Origin: Amphiscolops sp. MND2022
Lineage: Eukaryota
DNA: 64,000 bases
Reading direction: 5' to 3'
NCBI GenBank assembly: GCA_964187785.1
Contig: OZ076412.1
Location: 46,004,001-46,068,000, forward strand
How positions within the stretch are numbered: the stretch's first letter is position 1; every line of letters begins with the position of its first letter. The translations under genes and the position numbers were made by a program. The notes under the pieces were generated by a model that was given only the letters and a program-made list of their open reading frames with translations, searched no databases and was not told the DNA's origin. Below, one piece after another: positions 1-14,010 of this stretch.

Positions 1-1239
1 AGTAATAGCACAATACATATCAAGTTGCACATTCATTATACTGAACTCATTAGCAGAAGATAGATAACATTTCTGGATGTTGAGTTTGTTCAGATGTCAC
101 ATAAATCAGGGCAAAAGTGTACATGTACATCAGGATAACAGCAGCAGTAGCATTCTCAATCACCATAGAGCTACTAGCGGTGTTGGTGGGGCGGGCAGCG
201 TCATCGCCAGACTACTTCAACACTGCCCCCTTCACTTATTCATTATTAACAGAGTTCAAGAGAAAACCAATTCAATCAATATCCCAGATTCAAAGAGTGT
301 AGTATAGAACATGTCATGGGTTCATTTCACATAGGAAGTACAGTTCAGTACAGTTCACAGTGAAATCTCATTTCACTTCCACGAACAATGTACCAAGCTA
401 TATTTAGCCCTTGAAAGGCAACAGCAGCTGAATTGTCAGCCTTTTACCTTTGATGGTCATGTATGAATTTGTACGATTATTTCACTGCTCCATGCAGTGT
501 GTGTTGTCTGTCGTGGAAAGACAACAAAGGTGGTAGAAGTGGTCTTTTTCTAATGGAGAAAACTGATTCTCCTGCTTCAATTCCAGCGAGGGAATTGGCG
601 ATGGTGAAAAAAGTGTTCTGGTTTATGCTCCTTTTTGTGTGCAAAGGTGCTGCTCTTCACTCTAAGCATACATCATACATTGCATGTGCCATCAAAATGA
701 CTGCAGCTCCCATTCCTTCTTTCACTTTTGATGGTTTCTTCAGAGTCTGGTTTGTTTTTCAGAAACGCATGTAGCGTACGAAGGATAGCAGCAAGGGAGG
801 AGTGACGGTTGCAGCCAGCGGTGGTAATGGTACTTTCACTTTGGGTGCAACATCAACAACATGTGATCGTAGTAAAGTAAAATGGCGACACGTGAAATGT
901 GGAGGCGGTGGCGACAAAAGGTTTTATTGTTTTTTTTGGTAATATGAGCAAAAATAATTTCTTTTCATAACAAAATAAACGAAGCTCAAGGGTGCACCGG
1001 CGTTAGAAGGGTTTATCATTATATTGATTGACAGCTGTTTTTGGGCCTCCTTTATTCCATGCGATGGAAGAAACGTCTCCATTTTGATGATGGCTTAAGT
1101 ACCAATAGTTTTTCACAGGTGTTCTTTATGGCTGCCGTCGTAAACACCTTCTGGCAACCTGTCGCACACAAGAAGCATATCCAAGGTTGTTGTTCCTGAG
1201 AGTAAGCGAACCCAAAGAGCGGTGGGCAAGTTCAGTTAA

Positions 1240-1386
1240 TGACGTCACATGCCAATGACGTCATACATCAATGATGTCATCATATGCTCTCTTCTCTCAA
1301 TCAATGACGTCACACTTGAATGGTGTCACATCACGTCACAGCCGCCGGAAGTTTGATGAGAAGGTGGAAGTGACTGTGTGACGTAA
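1240..1386. promoter_or_regulatory. Cluster of CRE-like TGACGTCA palindromes
   Basis: Perfect TGACGTCA at 1240, 1256 and 1305. Variants TGATGTCA 1272, TGGTGTCA 1321, TCACGTCA 1331, TGACGTAA 1379. Confidence 0.45.
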
Positions 1387-2166
1387 CAGTGATGTTCGCG
1401 CACCAGGATTCCCAAAGTAGCACCCACTGGTAGTAAAAGAAATTTCTTTTAGTTGAAGGCGGAACGGAACCCGTTTGATGTTCCATCAGATCATTATCAT
1501 AAATATAACATTGTCAACATTTCTACACTAAGGCTAAACTAATTTGCTAACACAACGAGAATAAACAATGATAAGTATAACTAATTGACGAAACGGTATC
1601 ACTGATAATAATAACTTGCCAAAAGCTTCCAAACTTTCCCATATTTTCCCACCAAATTCGAGAAGCAAACAGTAATACGAGTAAGAGGAGAGCAAATCCA
1701 GGAACCGGATCAAGTTCCAGGGGCATAATTTTTGCGACGCAGACGGGTAAAAGTCAGCTGAAACCAGCAACAAGTCTTCAAAACGCGATGCTGTCTTCAA
1801 TCACCAGAAAGCCAGTATCGTATATTCTTCGAGATGTTGTTGAAAGTTTGATCTTCGAGAAACGAAATTCGAAAAGAGCAAAAAGCGGAAAACTTCGAGG
1901 AAACTATTTGATAGCCATTCTAAAGCGCTATTGCAGGAAGTACATGAAACGAAGATAGTTAACGAATAAACGAAACAAAACCGAAGATATAGGAAACTAT
2001 TTCAATGTTTGTTGAGAATCTAAGGAAGTTATTTCTTTTTTTTTGGTAGTTTTTCTAATGATAACTTAAGGATAACCAAACCAGTGGATGAAAAAGTGGC
2101 TGTAAGGAATAATAATGCCCATTATGGTTTCGAGGAGTTGAAAGATCGAATAGCTTCGAGCGACTT

Positions 2167-2863
2167 CTAAGTCGTCAAGTCTTTCGCATCGTCACTCAGC
2201 AATTTCGATGCCTTCAGAGTTTCCTCATTCCAGTCGTTCAGTTTGTTGCTAGTGCAATCGGTCAGAGGGTTCACGTCTTGAGATTGATCTTTGGAAGAGC
2301 CCTTGCAAGTAGCAGGCATTTCAAAATCCCCCTTTGCACGGTGCTTCCTGGCCAGCTCGAACTCGGACGCAATTTCCAGCTCCAATTGCTGTTTGCTAAC
2401 GTTCTCGAATCCAAATTCTTCGCCCTCTGCCGGCACGATTTGGCATCGATCAGCGAACGAGCTTCTGCTCTCACAGACAGAAGGAGCCAAATCAATGCTA
2501 AAACCATAACCGGAACTGAAAAGGCTTTCGTCATCACTTAGCTCGAACTGCTGTTGGTCTTTGGCCTTGTTCTCTTTTTCGCTACCATCGAAAATGTTTT
2601 TCAAACTATCAAGTCTTATTCCGGAGTCGCTGCAATTCTGGCGGAGGCCTTCGTCGTCATTGGCGGCGTCTATGAGCAGACCGACCACACCCGAAACATT
2701 GTCACCCCCGAATCCTGAGTCTTCCGTCCCCAGACGTTCTCGCTCCTCAGGAGACGAAGATCCTTCTTTCGATTCCGGGCAGAGCTGCATTTGATGCATA
2801 GTTTCGTTGTATGTGAACTTCCAACCTTCTCCTTGAATCGCTTTTGCTGCTCCAGAAACTTTC
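2167..2863 (-). CDS. MKNK: MNK-family kinase, terminal coding exon 7 (long low-complexity C-terminal tail)
   Basis: Acceptor tttcag|G at 2864-2866. Phase 2 matches exon 6 (AG+G=Arg), and the frame is open to the stop at 2167. Contains a LARKHR stretch resembling the MNK MAPK-docking motif. Assignment as the last exon rests on phase, not homology. Confidence 0.7.
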
Positions 2864-4279
2864 CTGAAAAACAAAACTTTCTTAAAAACTAAACTTTATT
2901 CACTTAATATAGAATAGCATCTTCGGAAAATCAAATTAAACCATTTCTAAGCTGCAAGTAGGTTTCTATGATGGAAGCTGTTCAAAAGAAATCCAACATA
3001 TCGAAACTTCATATATGTAGCTCTCAATTAAAATTTGGCTAAATGTAAACGAAACCAAGTTGACAAAGAAACCAAAAAGTGCTAAGTAATTTCAATGAGC
3101 AAAAACAATCTGTGCTGAAAGTTTATCAACAGTGCCTCAAAACGCTCCGGGAGAAGGAAAGCCAGTTTTATTATGAAACGAAAAACTTATTAGTAATGAA
3201 CGAAATTTTTTACTCAATTTTAGCTGTTCAAGTAACCACTGCCTAAGATTCTAAGATTACAACATTCTAATTTACAAAACTAGGTTGAATAAAGCGCTCA
3301 GACCTAAGTTTAACTTTTGCTAATCATACAAAAAACATTTCATACTATTTCTCACTTATTCAAATTTGGACATGGGACGTATTGGTGAACTATGGTTCTC
3401 TGCAACATGAAATGCTCGATTTTCTTCGATCTATATTTAAATTCTTGAGTTAAATGCTTGAAACGTTGCTAGAAGCAATTTTCTGCGTGCCAAGTGTTAA
3501 ATTCTGAAATGAAACATTTTATGATATGAGTATTTGGCTAACTGCCCAGAGATATTTATGAAAGTAGAGAACCTGGTGTAACTGTTGTTTTCTGTGTTTC
3601 CGAGAAAGAATGCATTAAAAGGGCTTGCCCGTTTCTTGCGAACTTCAGGAGTCTTCGTAGGTGGTCGGGACAGAATACTAGCATTTAGAATTGAGTTTTA
3701 AATTACGAGTGGCATGGAAAATAAGAATCGTGAAACTCTACTCCCGTACATTAGTAACTTCTGGAGTCTATAGAACCATTGACATTTCTCGTTCAGATTT
3801 CGAACAATGGAAATGAGTAATATGCACATTCCTAATGCTGGTTATACGAACGAGGTGGATTTGTTGATTCACGTTTGAGTTTTTGTGGAGCATTTGAGAA
3901 TCATAAAAACTAATTCACAGTTTTTTTTTCAAATGTGTGGGAGTCCTATCATTTTTTGGAGATAGTCACCGTTTGAAAAAAAAAAGAATATAACTGAGAC
4001 AAGCAAGACTCATGACAACAGCTCTTCAAAAATTCATTTGTGATAATTTGTTTTAGTTAACGTCCAAATTTCATGATGAATATCATGATTTACATTTTTA
4101 GTCGGCGTTTTCGAAGAAAATCCCGACTCTTACAGTGGCTAGTTTTTTTTTCGTCAGTTCAACGCGTACGTCCACTTTTTGTGCATTAATCCAATTAATG
4201 CACATTTACCAACTTTTACCATATGTACTTAGTACTTCATTTTCAACGCATCCAAAGCGTCAAACATGAGATAAAAAGC

Positions 4280-5112
4280 GTCCCCCCTTTTATACTTTTC
4301 GGCACTATGCGACTTACCAGAAACTTCGAAAAAAAAAATTCTCAATTTTTAGTTTTTTGAGAGTTTTTGTTGTTTTTTCTTAAAAGGGTCCCCAATTCAC
4401 CAATACTTTGACATTTTGAAGTCCTTCTGCTATTTTTGAGCCTTAGATATGGCGCCGACTTGGGCCGTTCCCGGCTTGTTCTCTCAAACGTTTTCTTCTA
4501 CAAATTAAAATTGCGGTTGTTAGTCGGCGCCTTTTCCCTTAAGGAAAAAAGCCCGACTATTATAGTGGGTAGTTTTTGGTCGGCGCCTTTTCCCTTAAGG
4601 AAAAAAGCCCGACTCTTACAGTGACTAGTTTTTTTTGTTTTTTTTTTCAGTTGACAATCTCACTCTGAGTGGTCCACTTTTCTTACAATCTTTGTTCACG
4701 TTTGTTCACATTTGTTCAACTAATTTTCTGAAAAGCAGATCGTGGGTTCGATTCTCGCACTAAACCACAAATTTTTTATGTTTCCAAAAGTAGATGCGAA
4801 ACCAAAGCTTTGTTTCGTTTCGTTTGATTTTTTTCGTTTTTTTTCGGCACTATGCGACTTTTTTTCGAAAATTTTCGGATTCTATCAATTGCATTTTTTT
4901 GAAGTTTTCGGTTTGTAAAAACGTTCAATGAGCCTGAATGGCCTCTTTTTGAGTTTTTCGGCATTGTGCGATTTTCTAAAAAAAATACTTTCGAAAAAAA
5001 AAAATTTTCAATATTTTTTTTGAAAAAAAATTTTCCAAATGTTTCCAATAGTTGTTCTTTGAATATTTTTGAGCCTTAGATATGGCGCCGACTTGAGACG
5101 ATCCCGTCTTGT
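4280..5112 (+). repeat. Dispersed interspersed repeat family (gagccttagatatggcgccgacttg..gttcccggcttgtt module)
   Basis: Module at 4438-4480 and ~5071-5112. Reverse-orientation copies near 32885, 33464-33545, 34030-34070, 34485-34525 and 36103. Internal 36-bp direct repeat at ~4523/4579. Boundaries approximate. Confidence 0.65.
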
Positions 5113-6415
5113 TTACAATCACAGAGTTCATTTTCTCATTTATCAAAAGTTGACGTTGAAACAACTTCGAGTTAATTGCAGTGACAATTATTTTATGATA
5201 TAATTTGGATTAATAATTTAATTTAACATCAAATTCATAATTTGGTAATTTAAAAAAATGAGCAAACAAAAAGGGGGAGCCATTTCCAAAGCTCGGAGTC
5301 TAGTATTTCATTCCACTTTTTCAGATGAAAAACCTTTTCACAAAACACTCTTTCTTGTGTTTGTGTTCCCGTTGCCCATTATCGCCGAAAAGGTTTTCTT
5401 GAAAAGCATATGCGATATAGAAAATGCTATTCTTTTGTAATTTATCAAAGAATCTTGACATGAAATCGGGAGAAAAGAAATTTATAAATAGAAATGATTA
5501 TCAATGATTAATTGTTTCAGCAATAAAAGTGGACTAATTTCGTCAAGATTTGTTCTTCATGCATGCACTTTTCAACATTTTCATTACCAGTCGTGCTTTT
5601 TTTGGAAATTTCGACTGAACTATCTACAGGTTGTTGAATAAAAGTATATCGGTTCTAAGTTTAACTATGTTCATCATTGATTGCAACAGTTCGAGAATTT
5701 TGAAACGAGTTACTGAAATCTTTAAAAAGTCCACTTTAATATACATATGACAACATTAGTAGATGAAACCTACTTATTATACTTGAAACGTGGTCTTGAT
5801 TTAAGTAGCAACTTGAAGTTAATTAAATTAAAGGCTTAATTTAGCATTGCTCCACAAACACTTGTCTCAAAAAAATATAGCTGCAACAGAATTTATTTTG
5901 GAAAGTTGGGGTTGAAAGCGTAAAAAATCAAGCCTCTGTAAAGTTTTCAACTGGATTTTGAAGTCAAAATGTTCTAAGAACGCAAAATTTTCATCGAAAT
6001 TAACGGCGTTGTTTCAAACTTTCATTACTTTTTAATCATCTTTAGTTTTCCGAGCATCTTTTTCGGAAAAAAAATCTCCCAGTGAAACCAATCTAAGCCC
6101 GATGCGAATTGACAAGACATGATTCGACGGCGAGCTGTGATAAAAACCATTAAAAATAGAATTTTTTATTTAAAAAAACGCGAGTATTTCAATTCGTTTA
6201 AAGAAGCTCTCTGATGATGATTCAGTGGCGCATTCTTCCCTACTGACTGATGCTTACGTCATCAACTTCCCTTCCTGTGGGATCGTCGCATTCAGCAGCA
6301 GCGACCGTACATACGATACAGTATGTAGGTAGTCTTTTGTCCTACCGCAATCGCTGCAACAGCATTCATGTTTACATGCCGTGACAAATGTGCATGTTTA
6401 CAGGAGATAACAAAC

Positions 6416-6733
6416 CTGATTCTAGGGGCACTGTTGTAGTTGAGAAGGGGGATTGGATTGGAGGCAACGAGACTGGCGGTTTTCAGCCAATCATGTTGCA
6501 ACACCTCAGCGGCAGTGAGTCGCTTGGAGATGTCTCGTTCCAGCACCCGCGTCACCAAGTCCTTGGCCTCGGGGGAGACGGCGTCCCAGTCCTCAGCCGG
6601 CAACACTAGCTGGTCCTCCCTTATAGCCTGCATCAACAGAGACTGGCACTCTATGCAACTGCGTCCATCTACCCATCCACAGTCGTAACCACAGCGCCCC
6701 ACAAATGGCGGGTAGCCACACAACATAATGTAC
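6416..6733 (-). CDS. MKNK: MNK-family kinase exon 6 (subdomains IX-XI)
   Basis: YIMLCGYPPFVGRCGYDCGW...VSPEAKDLVTRVL...RLTAAEVLQHDW, including the MNK-specific CGxDCGW insert. Acceptor tttag|G, donor AG|gtttgt, phases consistent. Confidence 0.92.
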
Positions 6734-7838
6734 CTAAACACATAATCACGATATAATTAAATTTTCAGGCCATATATCATATGTGGCATAGAAAATAACC
6801 TCTAAGCCACGTTTTCCCTCAAACTTCATACTCAAGATAGTTTCTTCCATTGATTTCTACGATGGAAAGATATTTTCGTACCATCGCATGTGTTTTTACG
6901 AGATGTTTGAATATTTGAATTTCGTTTCCGTAACATATGTTTCGATATAAAATCCTGAAGATTTTGTTGGAAAGTACCTAAAATAAATCATTTTTATGAA
7001 ATTTTGAGGCAAGTTTCGTAGAGTATTGACTATGGCTATGTTTAAGCCCTAAAAATATATTTATCGCTAAAATAATCAACGACGGAAAATATCTCGCTGC
7101 TCGGCGGGCGTCTTGTAGTTTACCAAGTTAAGCAAAGAAAATGCGGATATTTCGAAAAACTGTTGCGCTATATTTTCACTTTATCACCAGTCAGATGGGA
7201 TAGATAAACTTATATTCAACACTGGATTCTGCTCCAAATTTATTCGGGTATTTACGTCACGCTACAAAATAATGTCCAATTGTCAACATTTTGAAGACGT
7301 TCAGAAATTATCCATTTTGTTTGGATATTCCTTCCATCCCAAATGAGTACAAGAATTTATCCAGGACCATTTTCCTGAAAGAAATTAGGTCTATAGATGC
7401 ACCAAGGAAATTGTAAGAATTTCTAAATTTTTGCAGAGTGAAATCTTATCAAAATAATATTATAGCCATCACGTTTTCTCCGCCTTTCAAGAAACTCAAT
7501 TCGACATATCACCCACTCAGAAACGAGTACTTATGAAAAATACTTCAAAAATTCTAGTTGAGGCATAAAAATTCAAGTACAGCAAAATCGAACACGTATT
7601 TATATTTCAGTAGTATCAAGTTCATTAAATTACGCCAGTAATCCGGGTTGGCCCATCAAGTGTTTTCATGTTTTTCACGTTAACTTTTTTGCCGGATATC
7701 TAAGTGACAAAAGACAATTTCAACACAGAGGCCAAGCGGTGCTTCGCAACACATGACGAAGACATTATTTTAATATGCGTATATATATTATTTTAATCGC
7801 ATGCATATATATTCAACAGTTCAACTTTGTTCAATAAC

Positions 7839-7911
7839 GTCCCTATGGCACAGTGGTCAACACTTATGCCGTGCAATCATCGGGAGGTTGCAGGTTCGAA
7901 TCTCTCTGGGG
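7839..7911 (+). ncRNA. tRNA-derived head (SINE-like or pseudo-tRNA)
   Basis: A box TGGCACAGTGG (7846-7856) and B box GGTTCGAATC (7893-7902), followed by a T-run. Acceptor stem pairs poorly, so not called as a functional tRNA. Confidence 0.55.
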
Positions 7912-10140
7912 TTTTGGTTTTTGTCTAAAAGGCGCTCATTATGAAGTTGACTATTGTGGAAAAAAAAAACTTTCTTAGCTGGACTGCAATGCACATTGAC
8001 TTCGTCATGTGCAAAAACTTCAAAAAAAAACATTCAAAATTGTGAAATTGTGAAACTCTAAGAGTGGTATCAGCACGCTTTATCAAATAAAGAAATTGGG
8101 TAAGAAATTGGTATGTAAGCCATTTAAAGTATCAAAAAGCACTCAGGCATTTTTGATGCAGCGACTCAACGTTGTTCAAAGATGAAACAAACTATAAGTT
8201 TCTCAATCAAGATTCAAAACATCTTTTTCGTGTGTTTTGAATGATCACCAGAAAAAATAGTCAGGTATTTGGAAGTACTCTTCGAGAAAAGGGAACGTTT
8301 TCCACATTTTTGGAAAATCTCAATTATAAATGAAACATGAAAAGAACTTGCATGCAACAATTTGCAAACTCGTGGAAAAGAGGAAACCATTTTGAATGCA
8401 ATTTTGCAGGCCATGTGTTTTCAAAACAATTTGCATTTTGCAGATGCTTCGGCCGCGTTTGTTCATACTGTATTTAGTATTAAACTCAGGCCAACTCAAC
8501 TTTCCGCTCAGCTCACTGGTGATTTAATTGATATTCTATGTATGCATGGTGTAAAAAAACCAACGCTTAGCAAAATGACATGAAAAAAATAGTATGTTAC
8601 TGCCAGTATGATAGAAATGCAAGGAGAAGTGAAGTAAGAATGGAGAAAAAGAATACAGCATGTTTTATTTTTTGCAATGTCTACACTACATGAAGTGTTT
8701 CCTTTCCTTTTCCCTCCATTGTATTACTTCCACGCTGAACAATCATTTTTTATATCTCGCTGGTTAGACTTCTGCATACTGTTTAGCACAGTCGTATGAC
8801 ATAAGCGGTGGTGATCGCGTTCAATTGTGTCGGTGAAAAAGCAAGGGAGACATTAATTTCTTCGTGGAGCTGTAACAGCCGCTCGTAGACCACTCGGAAA
8901 GTACCGTTATTTTTTAAACGGCACAGCTTAATGACACCAATTCGTGTTGTGTTATGAATGAATTTGCGTCGCATTTTAACTGCATCATGGACATGATTTT
9001 TTTTCAGCATTAAAAAAATCAGCCTAGTATAGATACAAGCGGTGGAGTAAGTAAGCGTCACAATCAATCCGCCACGTGCTGGTTGCAAACTATCACATAG
9101 TAGTATTTAAAGATATAAAATGCAGTCATGTATTAGCCATGTAGAATGCTTAAATTTTGGCTGCATTTTCGGTTTTCTATAATGAGGTTCACTTTACGCA
9201 TTCATGAATTGCTTGTGAAGTTTAGAATCGTTGAAATGGTCGCAGAAACGAAAGACAACATTCCGAAGTGCTCAACAGTACGAAGGCATTTCTAGAGCAC
9301 ATGTTCGATCGCAAGACAGGGACATGTTCAGCACAATAGTCCAATTCAGAGCTTCGTTATCCAATAGAAATTGATCTCATTAAGTTCAAATTTGAGACCA
9401 GCAACCAACACAAAACGATAAAAGCCGAGCGACGGCGATTCGGCCGAGACAGCATTTGAAAAGAAGCTGGAATTGCTAGTAAATACGAAATTTCCAATAG
9501 AAATGCAGAGAAGTCCGCACGCCTCCAGAAAGCGCGTGACTTTTCTTTCTGACCACAATCCAGAAGTTGCAGCGTGAAAACGACCAAATCTCTGCAATGT
9601 GCCACGTTGCACGTACTACAGTACTTTAGTTTAGGGGGAGGAGTCAAAAGTAGAGAAGAAGTCACATGAAGAAAGTCACAACTGGCCAGATTAGCAGATT
9701 CAAAAGAACCGATAATTAAACATTGAAGCTGCTGATTTTATCTTGACAAGCGACACCATGATGAGGAAATCAGGTTTTTAAGCACCTTAAAGCTCCTCCT
9801 TTGCGGAGGTATCTAATTTTGGGCTCGAAAAGACATGATTCAAGTGAAACTAGCAAATCCTTGGTATCCAGGATCGGATTAAAAAAGTTAAAAGATTAAA
9901 ATATTTTTAGCATTTTCCATATCCTTAAAGACTAAATACATTTTAAAAACTGTATTCGGGTATACCTTATTTGTTGCATGAATATGTAAAGCCACATGAC
10001 AAGGCTTCTGAACGTTATCAAACTTAAAAACGGAAAACCTAACAACTATGTTTAACTCAATTTACAAACATCACTCAAACGTTGCTTCAGTAGCTTGTAT
10101 GAAAATTGAGGCCATGAAAATTGAGAATGGTTTCCACTTA

Positions 10141-10416
<276 letters not shown>

Positions 10417-11017
10417 TTAAACACATATTTGATATTCATAACGTGGCATGTTAACATGGAGTATCTTCGTAACATGCACTGAGTACATGTTAACATTGAG
10501 TACTTGACATTTATCTTAGCAAATGATCACATATCCAGATAAAAACTGTTTGAAATGGTAAGAATGTGCATTTATGAATCAAAAATATCAAGTTACAGTG
10601 AAAGAACTAGAGGCAAAAAAACTTGTTTGAAAACTGATTCAATTGATTCATTCAGCATATGACGAGCATCTGAAAGGAAACGACTGGAACTTTTGTCAGA
10701 AAACCGATCTTTAAATTTCTTAAAAAATGACATCTTTTTGTGCTATTTTTGATCAAACTTCTCTCATCTCTCCTTTTCGGTTATCATTTCTCAACAACAG
10801 TCAAAATTTTCCGGCATTGGACGTTGAAAAAATTGAAAAGAGTAATCCCCCCCCCCACACACAATCTTGAAGCAAACGTTAACTTTGCTTTTCTTCATGC
10901 TCATTGCCCAATTCGGAAAACAGTCTTTCATTGCTTATAGTTGAGGATAATGACCGGTTCGGCCGGTATCCGACTTCAATCAGTTCTACACGGTTGTCCT
11001 GCCGGACGGAAATTTTC

Positions 11018-11116
11018 TGTAAGAAAACTGTAGGGTTTGCATTCAGTTTCTTTTACATGGCGCCCAACGTGGGGCCATGTAAAAAAACTGAATGCAAACC
11101 CTACAGTTTTCTTACA
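11018..11116. mobile_element. 99-bp palindromic mini-element with TG..CA arms and a central tRNA-Lys(CUU) PBS
   Basis: 11018-11057 is the near-perfect reverse complement of 11078-11116. Centre 11058-11075 = TGGCGCCCAACGTGGGGC. Confidence 0.75.
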
Positions 11117-13319
11117 TTTTTCTTTCCGATGCACCTCTAGTGTTCAAGATAATTGCTAGGAACAAAGCAGCACCAACAACCGAAGTGCCTTTCAATGGGC
11201 GATGGCCATTCATGCGGTTCAGCTATCGCATTGTGAGTACTGAATGCGAGTGTCGATAAAAAGTTGTTTTAAAACAAAAGTCACGGTTTTAACACAACAA
11301 CCGTGTTCGTACCTATGGGAAGAGAACCTCTTCAATTCAATTACTTTTATTCTTGGTACCAAATGAGCCCTAATAATTGGCCATTTTACTCTTTGAACAC
11401 CTTGCTGCATTGTGAATAATTGCCTCCCCAAGCTGCTCCAAAGAAACTATGTGTAATTTTCTTGAACACGATCGAGCTTGTTCAAAGGTTAGGAAAGGTA
11501 AGCCTAAAAAGAGCCTGACAGTTCATTCGAGCTTGTTAAATATAATTGGTTCTACATCAAAAATCAGGATTTGCTGTTAAAGCGTAGAAAATTGAGGAGC
11601 GTATATGGATTTGGTGCTTAAAACTACATTTTGTACGCGATTGACAATTTTCATTATATCATATTAACCAAATGCACTTAAGCGTCACAAATGGATGCTG
11701 CATACACTTCTTGCAGAGAGCGTCTTGCTCATTGTATGAAGTCTTTCATAGTTTTTTCCACATCAACTTAAACAAGGTTAAGCGATTGACAAATGCTGTG
11801 ACAAGCAGTTTAATCTATAAATCAAACCATCAGTTTTCATCGAAAAATCAAAATTCAATTACTAGAAAAAGCGGGACAACAATGTTCACGTTATACTTAT
11901 CTCAAAATGGAGAAGATAAGTTCTTAAGGTTGCAAAATGCAGGCTTGAGTCGATTGTTAACATAGTGCGTTATTTATTATTCAAGGGCGTAAATTCTCCA
12001 TAGAAATCGTCAAAAACCACGTGATCCGAAGATCAAACAACAATCAAGTCAAAACGTTCTATTGCCTGCTATGAATGAAATTCACACACCCAACATCAAA
12101 GTCTGCATCTTATTCAGCTCATTGCCGACCGATAGCGCAGTAAACCCTATCGCTTTCAACTTCATCAACCTACAATTATTTATATAAAGCGGTATCAAAA
12201 GCCACCAGGCATGATAGAAGGGACTAAATTCGTCAAAATTCTTGGAGCTCGGACAAAACAACAAATCAGGAGGCACTTTTTCTGTCATATTCAATCACAT
12301 TAAATTCATTGCGAATGCTTCTGACCTCCAAAATTTTAGACGTATCTTGCTTCCGTTGAACCAGAGCCCAATCTAATTCAATTGCTATAATGTTACGTGC
12401 ATAACAAACACTTCCGTAATAACCTTGCCCCTCCCTCCATCTCAGACTGTATGTAATTCACTGTTATATCCACGGGGCCGAAACGATAGAACATGGAGGA
12501 TTCATGTCGAAAGCATGTAACATTTACAACAAGGATTAATTCCTAATCATGTTCATTGCAGTACCAATGTCCGCTAGAGAAATTCCTTTTCTGTCCTTAT
12601 TCGCTCCCAGCAGGAGCCCGACATAAGCCTTTACAAGGAACATTGTTAATACAGTGCAGGGAGGAATAATAAAGCCTATATTGAACAAGAAAGCTGTGGG
12701 CATTTGACATAGTAATGATTCATAAAACATACGCTAGGATCTACAGCAATCTAAAGACAAACATAAATCCTTAGTTCACGACAGGACAAAAGTTGGAAAC
12801 GAAACTGAATCGTAAATAAATCATGAACTGAAGCGAAACGCCAATCGTTAATACCTTTCCAAACTGAACCAAAAAGTAGTAAATTGCGTCAACAACTTCT
12901 CTTCTCTAGGGACAAACACAGCGAGCGGATTCCCTTTAAAGCCCTACATTTGTCCACTTCCAACAGGCCATTAAAAGAAAGACACAACATAAATCGCTTC
13001 CCCCATTGACATGTATTTCAATTAGAACTATATTTAATGTGATATGACAAATCCAATTGTCGCGTTATGACTAACGCTTTAACAAACATAATTAGGTGCT
13101 AAAGTGCAGTTTATATTTAATTAACAAATAAAGAAACAAACATGAACTAGAACTAACGTTTGTTTATGGGGGAGAAAGTTGTAGATGAAGATGGCGGCCA
13201 TAAGGCGGCGGCCATAACGATGGTAATAATGATGATGAAGTACTGTGACGAGAAAGGAATTGCACAAGTGAAGAATTCTATATTATACCGCGTATATTTG
13301 AAATATGAAACCAACTATG

Positions 13320-13386
13320 ATTGGTGAAAGATAAGCCATGCCTGCTACGCAGCGCACGATAAGAAATGCTTGGCTGTATATATACG
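13320..13386 (+). promoter_or_regulatory. Putative LTR U3 promoter (reverse CCAAT box and TATA)
   Basis: ATTGG at 13320-13324 and TATATATA at ~13378, followed by a long pyrimidine tract. The same motifs occur in the 3' LTR. Confidence 0.5.
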
Positions 13387-13834
13387 GCCAACGCAGGCGA
13401 GGAGATTCACACACTTATTGAAAGGGACAGAGCTTAAACTTAAAAGCTCTCGTTTCTCTTCACTTCTCTTCCACTTCTCTCCCCTCACCCCTGCTCTTCT
13501 TTCTTACTTTACCCCCTTTCCTCTCCCTTTACTATTATCTTCCCCTTCAGACTTAGAAAGTCTATTTCTCGCCTTCACATTTCAATTCCGATTGCTATTT
13601 AACTCAACAAAACTTCTTGCTTAATAACTCAGATCCAATAATTCTCTTTTAATCATACCCTTGCATCTTAGAATATTTCTCCACTCATCCTTGATTTAAC
13701 TTCAACTTCCAGAACCAATCTTCCCTTACAAGAAATTTCTAACTTAGAAATTTCTCTTCAATTTCGTCTCCGGTTTGGTGAGTCTGACTATTTGGACCTT
13801 TCAGTAGAGATTTCACTCTCTCTGAGACTTTAAC

Positions 13835-14010
13835 TTAGACTATTTTCCGCTGATTTCAATTCTGCGGTTGACAAAATCTTAGAATATTTTCCGCTGATTT
13901 CAATTCTGCGGTTGACAAAATCTTAGATTATTTTCCGCTGATTTCAATTCGGCGGTTGACAAAATCTTACCTTAGACTATTTTCCGCTGATTTCAATTCT
14001 GCGGTTGACC
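13835..14010 (+). repeat. Four tandem 44-bp units inside the LTR (also at ~30168-30343)
   Basis: TTAGACTATTTTCCGCTGATTTCAATTCTGCGGTTGACAAAATC starting at 13835, 13879, 13923 and 13972. Confidence 0.92.

Noticed and set aside
77-774. Short ORFs at the window start
   Set aside because: No recognisable motifs or splice-consistent structure; likely UTR or intergenic.
13370-13624. 84-aa ORF present in both LTRs (also 29703-29957)
   Set aside because: Non-ATG start, and the L/F/S-rich translation simply reflects the pyrimidine tract; identity is due to LTR duplication.
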